Shown here piece by piece: positions 36,904 through 45,507 of a DNA stretch of 64,000 nt. The DNA lies in NCBI GenBank assembly GCA_031254195.1, contig JAIRUW010000044.1, positions 6,208-70,207 on the forward strand. The letters are read 5' to 3'. The translations under genes were made by a program, and so were the position numbers. Within the stretch, counting starts at the first letter, position 1, and each line of letters begins with the position of its first letter. The notes under the pieces were generated by a model. It searched no databases. It had not been told where the DNA came from and saw nothing but the letters and a program-made list of their open reading frames with translations. The stretch comes from Oscillospiraceae bacterium (GTDB taxonomy: Bacteria > Bacillota > Clostridia > Oscillospirales > UBA929).

Positions 36904-39654
36904 TTAGAGCATATAATGACGCATTTTATCCAGCAGTTTATCCATATCAACCGGTTTGCCGACATGGTCGTCCATGCCCGCCGCGAGACAGGCCTCTATA
37001 TCGTCCTTAAACACATTCGCGGTCACCGCTATAATGGGCAGCTTGGCGCCACTCAAGGCGGGCAGGTCGCGTATACGACGCGTCGCTTCCAACCCGTCCA
37101 TTTTGGGCATCTGTATGTCCATAAGCACAATGTCATACCCCTTGGGATCCGATGCGACCATATCCAGCGCTTCCTGGCCGTTTTCGGCGCAATCGATGCT
37201 TATACTCGTGTCCTCTAAAAGCGCGATTAGTATGTCACGGTTGATTTCTATGTCTTCGGCAAGCAGCAGCCTCTTCCCCGCAAACTCGCCGCCCGCCGCG
37301 CCGTCTGTATCCGTCTCCGCGTTTTCACTTCCGCCGTCGCCTTGCCCCTTGCCGCGCAGCACTGTTACCGTAAAGATAAACCGCGCTCCCTTGCCAAGTT
37401 CCGATTCGACCCACATCCGGCCGCCCATAAGGCGGACGATTCTCTCAGCAATGGGGAGTCCTAATCCCGTACCGCCGTAGTCGCGGCTCGTTCCGCTTTC
37501 GACCTGCTCGAACGCCAAAAACAATGCTTCCTGTTTTTCAGGGGAAATGCCAATACCGTTGTCAGCCACTTCGATACGCAGCTCACAGTGTCCGTCAGCC
37601 TCTCCCGCCAAAGACGCGCTCAGCCGGATTATGCCTTCTTCTTGCGTAAATTTCACCGCGTTAGACAGCAGATTGGTTATGACCTGCGCCAAACGCTGTC
37701 CGTCTCCCACAACATAGGCCGGCACGCCGTCATCCACGCTTACGGTCAGAGTCTGCCGTTTCTCATCCACGCGGAATTGAGCGATCGTTGCGATCGTTTG
37801 CAGCATCTTCTCAAAATGGAACTCAGCGGCAGCGAGTTCAAATTTGTTTGCCTCAATTTTCGCCATATCAAGTATATCGCTTATCAATCCCAGCAGATGG
37901 GAGGATGCGTCTTCGATCTTATCCAAAGCGCTGTTTTTCTCCTCCGCTCTCTCCGCTTTTTTGCCTATAGCCGTCATGCCGATGATTGCGTTCATCGGCG
38001 TCCGCATTTCGTGGCTCATAGTGGACAGAAAATCACCTTTCGCCTTGCTCGCGGCTTCCGCTTGCGTAAGCGCCGTTTCCAGCCGGCTGGAGGTCTCGCG
38101 GATATTTAAGACCATCTCGTTACGGACAAAAGCGTAAGCGAGTTGAAGGCTCGCGGAACACATGATTGTTACTTCCGATTCCGTGAAAATCCGCTCCTTG
38201 TGGCAGTCGTCAAACCCGACAAAGCCCCAGAACTGATCTTCAATAAATACCGGCGTCACCAAAATAGACAATATCCCGCTCGGGGTCAAGTGATCCTGTA
38301 CCAGCTGTGACATATCGCGCACCAAGCCGTTGATGACTCCCCCGTCCGACAGTGTTTCCTTCCATCCGGGCACAACATCGTCATAGCTATACATAGTGCC
38401 GTCGGCGAACATGGTCTGTTGCGGAGACCATTCAAACACCTGAGAGCAGAAGAGCGCCCCCTCGACCGTATGGTTCTTCCAAAGATACACGCAGTCAACG
38501 CCCACGACCCCGGCTATGATCTCCATGCTCTGATGCAATTGGTCCTCGAAGGAATCCATGTCCGAGTTGAGCAGCAAAGAAGCGGAGCGGTTTACCGCCT
38601 GAAGCAGGTTATCCCAGTAAACTGTCCGCGTTATATCCCTTATGATGACAACTTTGCAGAGCGCGTCTTGAAACTTGTCCTTCTCCACAATCAGCAGCAT
38701 GATGCAGGTCCTGACGCCGGAAGGCGTTAGCACCGACACCTTCTTATTCTCAAAGTTGTCGTTGTAATCAGACTGCTCCAGCGCTTTCCCGTCTAAAAAA
38801 ATCAGCTCGGAGATGTTCTTGCCGGCGCTGTTTTCTCCTAACAGCTCCAGAGCGGCATTGTTCTCAAGGCATATCGTGTTATGTTGGTCGAGCACAAGGG
38901 TCGGAATCGTTACGGACTTAAAAATATACTCCGCGACGTTGGGTACTGTGATACTCAAGGTCTTGTTGGTCCTCATCGAAATAAAAAGATGCAGGGAGGC
39001 GGGAAAAAGGAGGACCGACACGAGGGGCGGGACTGTGCCGTCCGTAAAAGACGGGATAAAGAAATCCGTCACAAACCCAGCCGGGGCAAGCAAAAAGGTC
39101 AGAAGGACAAACATAAACTGCTGCCTGCGCTGGCGCTTGCTCTCCGACGCGCGCCACCATCTGATGTGCGTGGTAAAGACGCCGATGCACAGCACAAAGA
39201 CAAACACCGCCATCGCCCTGAAAACCCAGCTGTTGGAATAGGAAAACTGCATACCGTATGGCGTTTCGATAAATACGACGTCCGAAGAGGCGATACATAC
39301 CGCGGAAATGATGACGGTTATCGCGATAAACGCCCATCTGACCATATGTTTGACAGCTTTACTCTTGATCGTGATCATATTGGACGCAAACCGGATCCAA
39401 ACCGGAAGAAACAAAAAATAAGACGTAAAGCCGGCCGCCCAGCATATCCGCACCAGCTTCTCGTTCTCGGCGATGGTCATCAAACCGTAAAAAAAGCTGG
39501 ACAGGACAACGCATATGACGGCGATCAGGTATTCCCGCCGCAGTCTGGACTTGGAATCGCTTACGATTGTGACTATGGAAGTATACACATAGCCCAGGCT
39601 TGTCAGGAAAAACAGCAGCGCGATAAGATAAGCCGCGTTTATCTCAGCAAACAT
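36904..39654 (-). CDS. hybrid sensor histidine kinase HK4 (multi-TM N-terminal sensor, PAS, GAF, HisKA, HATPase, REC)
   Basis: The ATG at 39654 follows GGAGG. About 7 TM helices. H-box [36 protein letters not shown]. Receiver LLAEDIEINRDI...VLMDIQMPKMDG. The C-terminal ~450 aa is paralogous to HK1 and HK2. Confidence 0.9.
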   Translation of the reverse strand: MFAEINAAYLIALLFFLTSLGYVYTSIVTIVSDSKSRLRREYLIAVICVVLSSFFYGLMTIAENEKLVRICWAAGFTSYFLFLPVWIRFASNMITIKSKAVKHMVRWAFIAITVIISAVCIASSDVVFIETPYGMQFSYSNSWVFRAMAVFVFVLCIGVFTTHIRWWRASESKRQRRQQFMFVLLTFLLAPAGFVTDFFIPSFTDGTVPPLVSVLLFPASLHLFISMRTNKTLSITVPNVAEYIFKSVTIPTLVLDQHNTICLENNAALELLGENSAGKNISELIFLDGKALEQSDYNDNFENKKVSVLTPSGVRTCIMLLIVEKDKFQDALCKVVIIRDITRTVYWDNLLQAVNRSASLLLNSDMDSFEDQLHQSMEIIAGVVGVDCVYLWKNHTVEGALFCSQVFEWSPQQTMFADGTMYSYDDVVPGWKETLSDGGVINGLVRDMSQLVQDHLTPSGILSILVTPVFIEDQFWGFVGFDDCHKERIFTESEVTIMCSASLQLAYAFVRNEMVLNIRETSSRLETALTQAEAASKAKGDFLSTMSHEMRTPMNAIIGMTAIGKKAERAEEKNSALDKIEDASSHLLGLISDILDMAKIEANKFELAAAEFHFEKMLQTIATIAQFRVDEKRQTLTVSVDDGVPAYVVGDGQRLAQVITNLLSNAVKFTQEEGIIRLSASLAGEADGHCELRIEVADNGIGISPEKQEALFLAFEQVESGTSRDYGGTGLGLPIAERIVRLMGGRMWVESELGKGARFIFTVTVLRGKGQGDGGSENAETDTDGAAGGEFAGKRLLLAEDIEINRDILIALLEDTSISIDCAENGQEALDMVASDPKGYDIVLMDIQMPKMDGLEATRRIRDLPALSGAKLPIIAVTANVFKDDIEACLAAGMDDHVGKPVDMDKLLDKMRHYML

Positions 39655-39687
39655 GCGCGGGAAACCTCCTAATGTCAAATATAATAC

Positions 39688-39716
39688 AGTATAGCACACA
39701 TTTGCTCATACGTCCA
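39688..39716 (-). promoter_or_regulatory. candidate extended -10 promoter of HK4
   Basis: On the minus strand: TGGACG, 17 nt, TGCTATACT (TATACT = complement of 39688-39693). Confidence 0.4.
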
Positions 39717-40020
39717 CCATCCCCGCGCGGCTATGATGAAACCCTGCCGGATAAATATGACAGATGAGGCTGACGCGTACGCATGGACTCATTGCAGCGA
39801 AATATTCACTAATGTAAAATAAATGTTGACAAGTGATAAAACATACGATATCCTGCATTTGGCATTTCAATAAGTGTCGCCGGAGGAATGTCATCCTCAA
39901 TAAGATTCTACGGAGGTACCTCCGCCCAAATTAATGCCTTGGGTTGGCTCGGCCATACATCAAATAGCAGCTCGATTATGCGCGCATATGGCTTGTCTGG
40001 CGCCTACACGCTAACCAGTA

Positions 40021-40050
40021 TTGACAAACGACATGTAACCCAACTATATA
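40021..40050 (+). promoter_or_regulatory. candidate promoter of the lipoprotein gene at 40072
   Basis: TTGACA (40021-40026), 18 nt, TATATA(AT) (40045-40052). Confidence 0.5.
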
Positions 40051-40071
40051 ATTAACGGGAGGATTTTCACT

Positions 40072-40971
40072 ATGATACGGAAAGCATCATTATTCGTTGC
40101 AATAACACTCATCATCGTAACCATTGCGGGCTGTAAATCGGACGATGGAAATGTTGAGGTTTTTAGCTCGCAGGCTACGGTGCGTCAGCACTCATTTCAA
40201 GAAATTGTTGAAATGAGCAACTGCGTTGTTGTCGCAAGTTTTGTTTCCAGCAAAATTACCGACAGGGGACGTGTGGAGAGTGCATTTAACGTAATAGAAG
40301 TGTTGCGTGGAGAGGTTTCTGAAAAAACAATTTATTTGACCGAAGCAAAAGGCTATTCTACAGTATTAGATTCAGAGTATAGTTATGAGACTGGGAATAC
40401 CGCTTATGAGCCTAAAAAGCAGTACATTCTCATCATGAGAAGAAGTGATTCGCTGTTTTATGATTATCCGCAACAGGTTTTACTGGCTGGGATTTTCATT
40501 CCAGTAGATGACATTGGCAAAAGCACGATGTACGGCGCATCACTGTCAGAGATGACAGGAGTAGAAAGCGCAGACGATATAAAATCAATCATTCGTACCG
40601 CAAAAGGCCCTGCCGATGAAGGACAAAGGTATACGACCGCAATAGATTTCCCAACAATCATTGACGAGTCGGACTATGTACTGGAAGTAAGAATTAGAGG
40701 CTTGTATGTGGAAGGAATAACCGGCAACTCGAACACATACTTTTGCAAAATACTTGACACAATTAAAGGCCGTAATATTAATACAATTGAAGAAAGCGAC
40801 GAAATTCTAGTGTCACTAATTAAGGATAGTGTTGTGGTTGGAGAAACATATATCTTAATGATTAACAGTGTGGGTGAAGATAGTGTCATATATACACAGT
40901 CTTCCAAAAACAGTGTTATTTCAATTAAAGACAATGAAGCAGTTAAGGAAATAGAGGCAATATTGAAGTGA
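40072..40971 (+). CDS. hypothetical lipoprotein with an internally duplicated domain
   Basis: Lipobox IVTIAGC. Two similar ~120-aa halves. Strongly AT-rich relative to the neighbours. SD GGGAGGA. Confidence 0.7.
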   Translation: MIRKASLFVAITLIIVTIAGCKSDDGNVEVFSSQATVRQHSFQEIVEMSNCVVVASFVSSKITDRGRVESAFNVIEVLRGEVSEKTIYLTEAKGYSTVLDSEYSYETGNTAYEPKKQYILIMRRSDSLFYDYPQQVLLAGIFIPVDDIGKSTMYGASLSEMTGVESADDIKSIIRTAKGPADEGQRYTTAIDFPTIIDESDYVLEVRIRGLYVEGITGNSNTYFCKILDTIKGRNINTIEESDEILVSLIKDSVVVGETYILMINSVGEDSVIYTQSSKNSVISIKDNEAVKEIEAILK

Positions 40972-40984
40972 TTAATCTATAATG

Positions 40985-41017
40985 AAAAAATGGGGCGGGT
41001 GATACTCGCCCCATTTC
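40985..41017 (+). terminator. hairpin terminator after the lipoprotein gene
   Basis: TGGGGCG (40991-40997) pairs with CGCCCCA (41007-41013). Flanked by an A-run and ATTT; the T-tract is weak. Confidence 0.5.
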
Positions 41018-41156
41018 CCGTTATGAGAGGGACTGTCAAGAGTTTTGTGCTAATGCCTATTGGCTGTGATTTCTGTTTGACTTTGCGCCCTGTATGGTAT
41101 AGACTATTGTATTAGTCACATAAGAGCGGATAAGCCGCAGATTAGGAGGATACTAT

Positions 41157-41669
41157 ATGGGATGCAGCTGTTCGGAAAAACAGCTTTCCGCGCCCGGGGT
41201 GGATACGGCTTTACTGGAGCCGTACCTCAGCCAGTACGCGGATAAGGAGGGCAGCCTAATATCGGTTTTGCAGAAGGCGCAGGAAATATACGGCTGGCTG
41301 CCGTCCGGCCTTTTGCTGTATATTGCCCGCCGTATGGGCGTACCGCCCGCCAAGGTCATTGGTGTGGTCACGTTTTACACGCAGTTCCGAACCAAACCGG
41401 TGGGGAAACACCTCATCCTGCTCTGCCAAGGCACGGCCTGCCATGTAAACGGCTCGCCCGCCATCGAGGAGGCCGTCCGGGAGCATTTAGGCGTGGAAGA
41501 GGGCGAAATTTCGGCAAACGGGCTGTTTACATACAACAATGTGGCCTGTCTCGGCTGTTGCAGCCTCGCCCCGGCCATGATGATCGGGGAGAGTACCTAC
41601 GGCGGCCTGACCAAGGAGAAAGCGGTCAAGATACTCAAAGAAATTGAGCGGGAGGATACTGCCGGATGA
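41157..41669 (+). CDS. NuoE/HydC-like [2Fe-2S] subunit (StnA-like)
   Basis: SD AGGAGG. ...VTFYTQFRTKPVGKHLILLCQGTACHVNGS...VACLGCCSLAPAM is the thioredoxin-like 2Fe-2S pattern of NuoE. Confidence 0.88.
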   Translation: MGCSCSEKQLSAPGVDTALLEPYLSQYADKEGSLISVLQKAQEIYGWLPSGLLLYIARRMGVPPAKVIGVVTFYTQFRTKPVGKHLILLCQGTACHVNGSPAIEEAVREHLGVEEGEISANGLFTYNNVACLGCCSLAPAMMIGESTYGGLTKEKAVKILKEIEREDTAG

Positions 41670-43381
41670 GGGTTACTGTTGGGAAAGGAAGCTGCGGCAT
41701 TGCCGCCGGCGCCGCCGGTGTGTCTGATATGCTGGAACAAGGAAACTGCCCGGTTACAGTGACCGGCTGTATCGGCATGTGTTACCTTGAGCCGATTGTT
41801 GAAGCGGACGGCAAGACCTTTGTCAGGGTGGACGAAAAGGCCGCGGAGGAGATCATTAAATTTACCCGTGGTGAGCAAAACGACGCGGAACGGCACCTTA
41901 TATCGCAGGAAGACCTAGACAGCCTGAACGCGCAGGTCCGCGTCGCCCTGCGAAACTGCGGCGTCATCGACCCTGAGAATATCGGCGAATACATTGAAAA
42001 AGACGGATACCGGGCCATTCAAAAGTGCCTGAACGAGCTCACGCCGGAGCAGGTCATCGAAGAGATGAAGGCTTCCGGCATCGGCGGGCGCGGCGGCGCG
42101 GGCTTCCCGACATGGTTCAAGTGGAACGCGGCCCGCAGTTCGCCGGGCGATAAGAAATATGTCATCTGCAACGCCGACGAGGGCGACCCCGGGGCGTTTA
42201 TGGACCGCGCCCTCATTGAGGGCGACCCCCACGCGGTGATCGAGGGGATGATGATCGCCGCCTACGCCATCGGCTCGGACGAAGGCATCGTATACGTACG
42301 CGCCGAGTACCCGCTGGCGATCATACGGCTGGAACAGGCGCTGCAACAAGCCCGCGACAAGGGTTATCTGGGCAAAAACATCTTCGGGGGCGATTTTTCT
42401 TTTGACATACGCATCAAAGCGGGCGCGGGCGCGTTCGTGTGCGGCGAGGAAACGGCGCTGATCGCTTCGCTGGAAGGCGAGCGGGGTATGCCGCGCCTGA
42501 AACCCCCCTTCCCCGCCCAAAAGGGCTATTGGAAAAGGCCCAGCAATATCAACAATGTGGAAACCTATGCCAATGTGCCGTGGATCATCCGCAACGGCGG
42601 CGCAGCTTTCTCCGCCATGGGGACGGAAAACTCTAAGGGGACAAAGGTGTTCGCTCTGACCGGGAAGATCAATAAAGGCGGCTTGGTCGAAGTCCCGATG
42701 GGCCAGACCATCCGCGATGTCGTCTTTGGCCCCGGCGGCGGCATCAAGGGCGGCAAAGCGTTTAAGGCAGTGCAGATGGGCGGGCCGTCCGGGGGCTGTA
42801 TCCCGGAGGGGTTGGCCGATACGCAGATAGACTATAAGACGCTGGCCGCCACCGGCGCGATCATGGGGTCCGGCGGCATGGTGGTCATGGACGAGACCAC
42901 CTGTATGGTGGACATCGCCCGCTTTTTCCTGGACTTCACCTGCAAAGAGAGCTGCGGAAAATGCACCCAGTGCCGCATTGGCAACCGCAGGATGCTGGAG
43001 ATTTTGGAGCGCATATGCGAAGGGGAAGGCCGCGAGGGGGATATAGAGCTGCTGGAAGAGCTTGCGAAGCAGATACAGGCCGGTTCGCTGTGCCAGCTTG
43101 GGATAACGGCGCCCAACCCCGTGCTGACCACGCTTAAATATTTCCGCAACGAATATGAAGACCATATCAACAACAAAAAGTGTACCGCGCGCCAATGCAA
43201 ACCGCTGCTGACCTATACGATCAGCGATAAATGCTCCGGCTGTACCCTGTGCGCGAAAAAGTGTCCGGTCGGCGCAATCGGCGGCGAGGTCAAGAAACTG
43301 CATGTCATAGACATGAATACATGTATTAAGTGTGGAAAATGCGCCGAAGTTTGCCGGTTTGGCGCGGTGGAGGTAGAGTAG
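41666..43381 (+). CDS. NuoF/HydB-like NADH-binding FMN/Fe-S subunit (StnB-like)
   Basis: GGRGGAGFPT (NADH/FMN site), ...ICNADEGDPGAFMDR, ESCGKCTQCRIG, C-terminal 2x CxxCxxCxxxCP ferredoxin motifs, and an N-terminal 2Fe-2S-like module. Confidence 0.88.
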   Translation: MRVTVGKGSCGIAAGAAGVSDMLEQGNCPVTVTGCIGMCYLEPIVEADGKTFVRVDEKAAEEIIKFTRGEQNDAERHLISQEDLDSLNAQVRVALRNCGVIDPENIGEYIEKDGYRAIQKCLNELTPEQVIEEMKASGIGGRGGAGFPTWFKWNAARSSPGDKKYVICNADEGDPGAFMDRALIEGDPHAVIEGMMIAAYAIGSDEGIVYVRAEYPLAIIRLEQALQQARDKGYLGKNIFGGDFSFDIRIKAGAGAFVCGEETALIASLEGERGMPRLKPPFPAQKGYWKRPSNINNVETYANVPWIIRNGGAAFSAMGTENSKGTKVFALTGKINKGGLVEVPMGQTIRDVVFGPGGGIKGGKAFKAVQMGGPSGGCIPEGLADTQIDYKTLAATGAIMGSGGMVVMDETTCMVDIARFFLDFTCKESCGKCTQCRIGNRRMLEILERICEGEGREGDIELLEELAKQIQAGSLCQLGITAPNPVLTTLKYFRNEYEDHINNKKCTARQCKPLLTYTISDKCSGCTLCAKKCPVGAIGGEVKKLHVIDMNTCIKCGKCAEVCRFGAVEVE

Positions 43382-45421
43382 ATGAGTGAGATTAGACTGA
43401 CTATAAACGGACGCGAGGTCACCGGCAAAGAGGGGCAGACCATCCTCGAAGTCGCCCGCGCCCATGGCATCGGTATCCCCACCCTTTGCCATGACGAACA
43501 GGTGGAAATGGTCGGCTCCTGCGGGATCTGCGTGGTCGAGGCCGAAGGCAGCCCGAGACTGCTGCGCTCCTGCTCCATCATGGCCGCGAACGGCATGGCC
43601 ATCCATACCGATACCGAGCGCATCCGCCAGAGCCGCAAGACGACGCTGGAGCTGCTGCTCTCAGACCACACCGGCGACTGCCGCGCGCCGTGTACCCTCG
43701 CCTGCCCGGCGCAGACCGACTGCCAGGGCTATGTAGGGTTGGTTGCCAACGGCGAATACGAAAAAGCCTATAAGCTGATTATGGAAAAAATGCCGCTGCC
43801 CGCTTCGATCGGCCGGGTTTGCCCGCACCCCTGTGAGGACGCCTGCCGCCGCGAGCTGGTGGAGGAACCGGTCTCCATCATGGCTCTGAAGCAATTTATA
43901 GCCGACCAAAACCCCGCGTTTACCGCTAAGGCCGGCCCGGCCACCGGAAAGAAAACCGCGATCATCGGCGGCGGCCCGGGCGGACTGACGGCGGCATATT
44001 TCCTGCGGGCGCACGGTCACGGGGTCACCGTATTTGACGCGATGCCGCAGATGGGCGGTATGCTGCGCTACGGCATCCCGGAATACCGTCTGCCGAAGGC
44101 GGTATTGCAAAAAGAGATCGACTTGATTGGGAGTATGGGCACCGAATATCGCAACAACGTCAAAATCGGGCGTGAACTATCACTCGATAGCTTGCGTAAA
44201 GACTACGACGCTGTCATCATCGCCGCCGGGGCGTGGACAAGCGTCTCACTACGCTGTCCCGGCGAGGAACTGGACGGCGTGCTAGGCGGTATAGACTTTC
44301 TGCGGGAGATTGACCTGAACGACCCTGTTTTCAAAGGACACAAGGTCGCTGTGGTCGGCGGCGGCAATACCGCGATGGACGCCTGCCGCACCGCCGTACG
44401 CTTGGGCGCGGACGCGGTGTACAACATTTACCGCCGGACAAAAAACGAAATGCCGGCGGAAGAGATCGAGATCACCGAGGCGGAAGAAGAGGGCGTCATC
44501 TTCAAGAACCTGACCAACCCCATCGAAGTCATCGGCGAGAATGGCAAGGTTAAGGCGGTCCGCCTCCAAATCATGGAGCTGGGCGAGCCAGACGCATCCG
44601 GGCGGCGCAGTCCGGTGGCTATACCGGGCAAAGAGGAGACGATAGAGGTAGATTTTGTCATCGTCGCCATCGGTCAGAAGCTGAATCCCCTTGGCCTGGA
44701 AGACGTCACGCTGACAAAGTGGGGGACGATTGCCGCCGATGAGCACACCTACCTTACCAACTTAGACGGCGTTTTCGCCATAGGCGACGCGACCAACGAC
44801 GGCGCGGGCATCGCTATCACCGCGATTGGAGAGGCTAAGCGAGCCGCCGACATGGCAGACAGGTACCTGAACGGCGAAACGCTTACAACCCAAGCGCCGT
44901 ACCTGGTAAAGACAGATAAAACAGCGGAGGATTTTGCCGGAACGGAGCGATCATCCCGCGCGAAAATGCCGCACCGTTCCCCCAGCGAGCGCCGGGGAGA
45001 CTTTGGGGAGATCAATCTGGGCTTTTCCGAAGAGGAGGCGAAGCGGGAGGCCTCGCGCTGTCTGGAATGCGGTTGCTTGGACTACTTTGACTGCAAGCTG
45101 ATCGACTACGCCAACCAATACGCCGTGCAGCCGGAGAAGTACACCGGTAAAGTCCACTGCCGCGCCGTGGAGGACGACATCCCGGGCGTTACCCGCAACC
45201 CGGATAAGTGCATCCTGTGCGGCTTGTGCGTCCGCGTCTGTGACGAAGTGGCGGAAGCGGGAGTCTTGGGCTTTGTCAACCGCGGATTCGATACGGTTGT
45301 ACTGCCCGCCGGGAATTGTGAGGAATGCGGCGATTGCGGCAAGTGCGCCGATATCTGCCCGACCGGCGCGCTGATTCTGAAAACGCCGGGAAAGAAGCAA
45401 ATTCCGCTGCAAAATCAATAA
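43382..45421 (+). CDS. fusion of NuoG/HydA-N-terminal Fe-S domains with a GltD/NfnB-like NADPH flavoenzyme (StnC-like); no H-cluster
   Basis: N-terminal 2Fe-2S (GSCGICVVE) and HTGDC..C. GltD-like VCPHPCEDACRR, IIGGGPGGLTAAYFL, VVGGGNTAMD. C-terminal CILCGLCVRVCD and CGDCGKCADICP. No hydrogenase H-cluster motifs seen. Confidence 0.8.
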   Translation: MSEIRLTINGREVTGKEGQTILEVARAHGIGIPTLCHDEQVEMVGSCGICVVEAEGSPRLLRSCSIMAANGMAIHTDTERIRQSRKTTLELLLSDHTGDCRAPCTLACPAQTDCQGYVGLVANGEYEKAYKLIMEKMPLPASIGRVCPHPCEDACRRELVEEPVSIMALKQFIADQNPAFTAKAGPATGKKTAIIGGGPGGLTAAYFLRAHGHGVTVFDAMPQMGGMLRYGIPEYRLPKAVLQKEIDLIGSMGTEYRNNVKIGRELSLDSLRKDYDAVIIAAGAWTSVSLRCPGEELDGVLGGIDFLREIDLNDPVFKGHKVAVVGGGNTAMDACRTAVRLGADAVYNIYRRTKNEMPAEEIEITEAEEEGVIFKNLTNPIEVIGENGKVKAVRLQIMELGEPDASGRRSPVAIPGKEETIEVDFVIVAIGQKLNPLGLEDVTLTKWGTIAADEHTYLTNLDGVFAIGDATNDGAGIAITAIGEAKRAADMADRYLNGETLTTQAPYLVKTDKTAEDFAGTERSSRAKMPHRSPSERRGDFGEINLGFSEEEAKREASRCLECGCLDYFDCKLIDYANQYAVQPEKYTGKVHCRAVEDDIPGVTRNPDKCILCGLCVRVCDEVAEAGVLGFVNRGFDTVVLPAGNCEECGDCGKCADICPTGALILKTPGKKQIPLQNQ

Positions 45422-45449
45422 TCCTTAATAAAAATCTATGAATCCCCCC

Positions 45450-45478
45450 TTGCCAAAGTACAAGCGTTCTGGTAGAAT
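45450..45478 (+). promoter_or_regulatory. candidate uvrB promoter with a LexA-box-like spacer
   Basis: TTGCCA (45450-45455), 17 nt, TAGAAT (45473-45478). The spacer contains GTACAAGCGTTC, one mismatch from GAAC-N4-GTTC. Confidence 0.5.
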
Positions 45479-45507
45479 GATTGTATGCGACAAGGGGGGA
45501 TGTATGC

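Noticed and set aside
39706-39900. A 64-aa minus-strand ORF and a 27-codon plus-strand ORF (ATG ~39878) in the HK4-lipoprotein spacer.
   Set aside because: Neither has proper SD spacing, and neither has any recognisable sequence features. They are treated as non-coding spacer.
41040-41156. Rex (NADH/NAD+ sensing) operator upstream of the stn-like operon (TTGTATTAGTCACATA at about 41109-41124).
   Set aside because: The half-sites and their spacing do not fit TTGTGAA-N4-TTCACAA. Only the right half resembles the consensus.
43382-45421. Calling the third gene an [FeFe] hydrogenase or NuoG.
   Set aside because: Only the N-terminal Fe-S domains are HydA/NuoG-like. No H-cluster Cys motifs are present, and the centre is a GltD/NfnB-type flavoenzyme with two dinucleotide-binding motifs.
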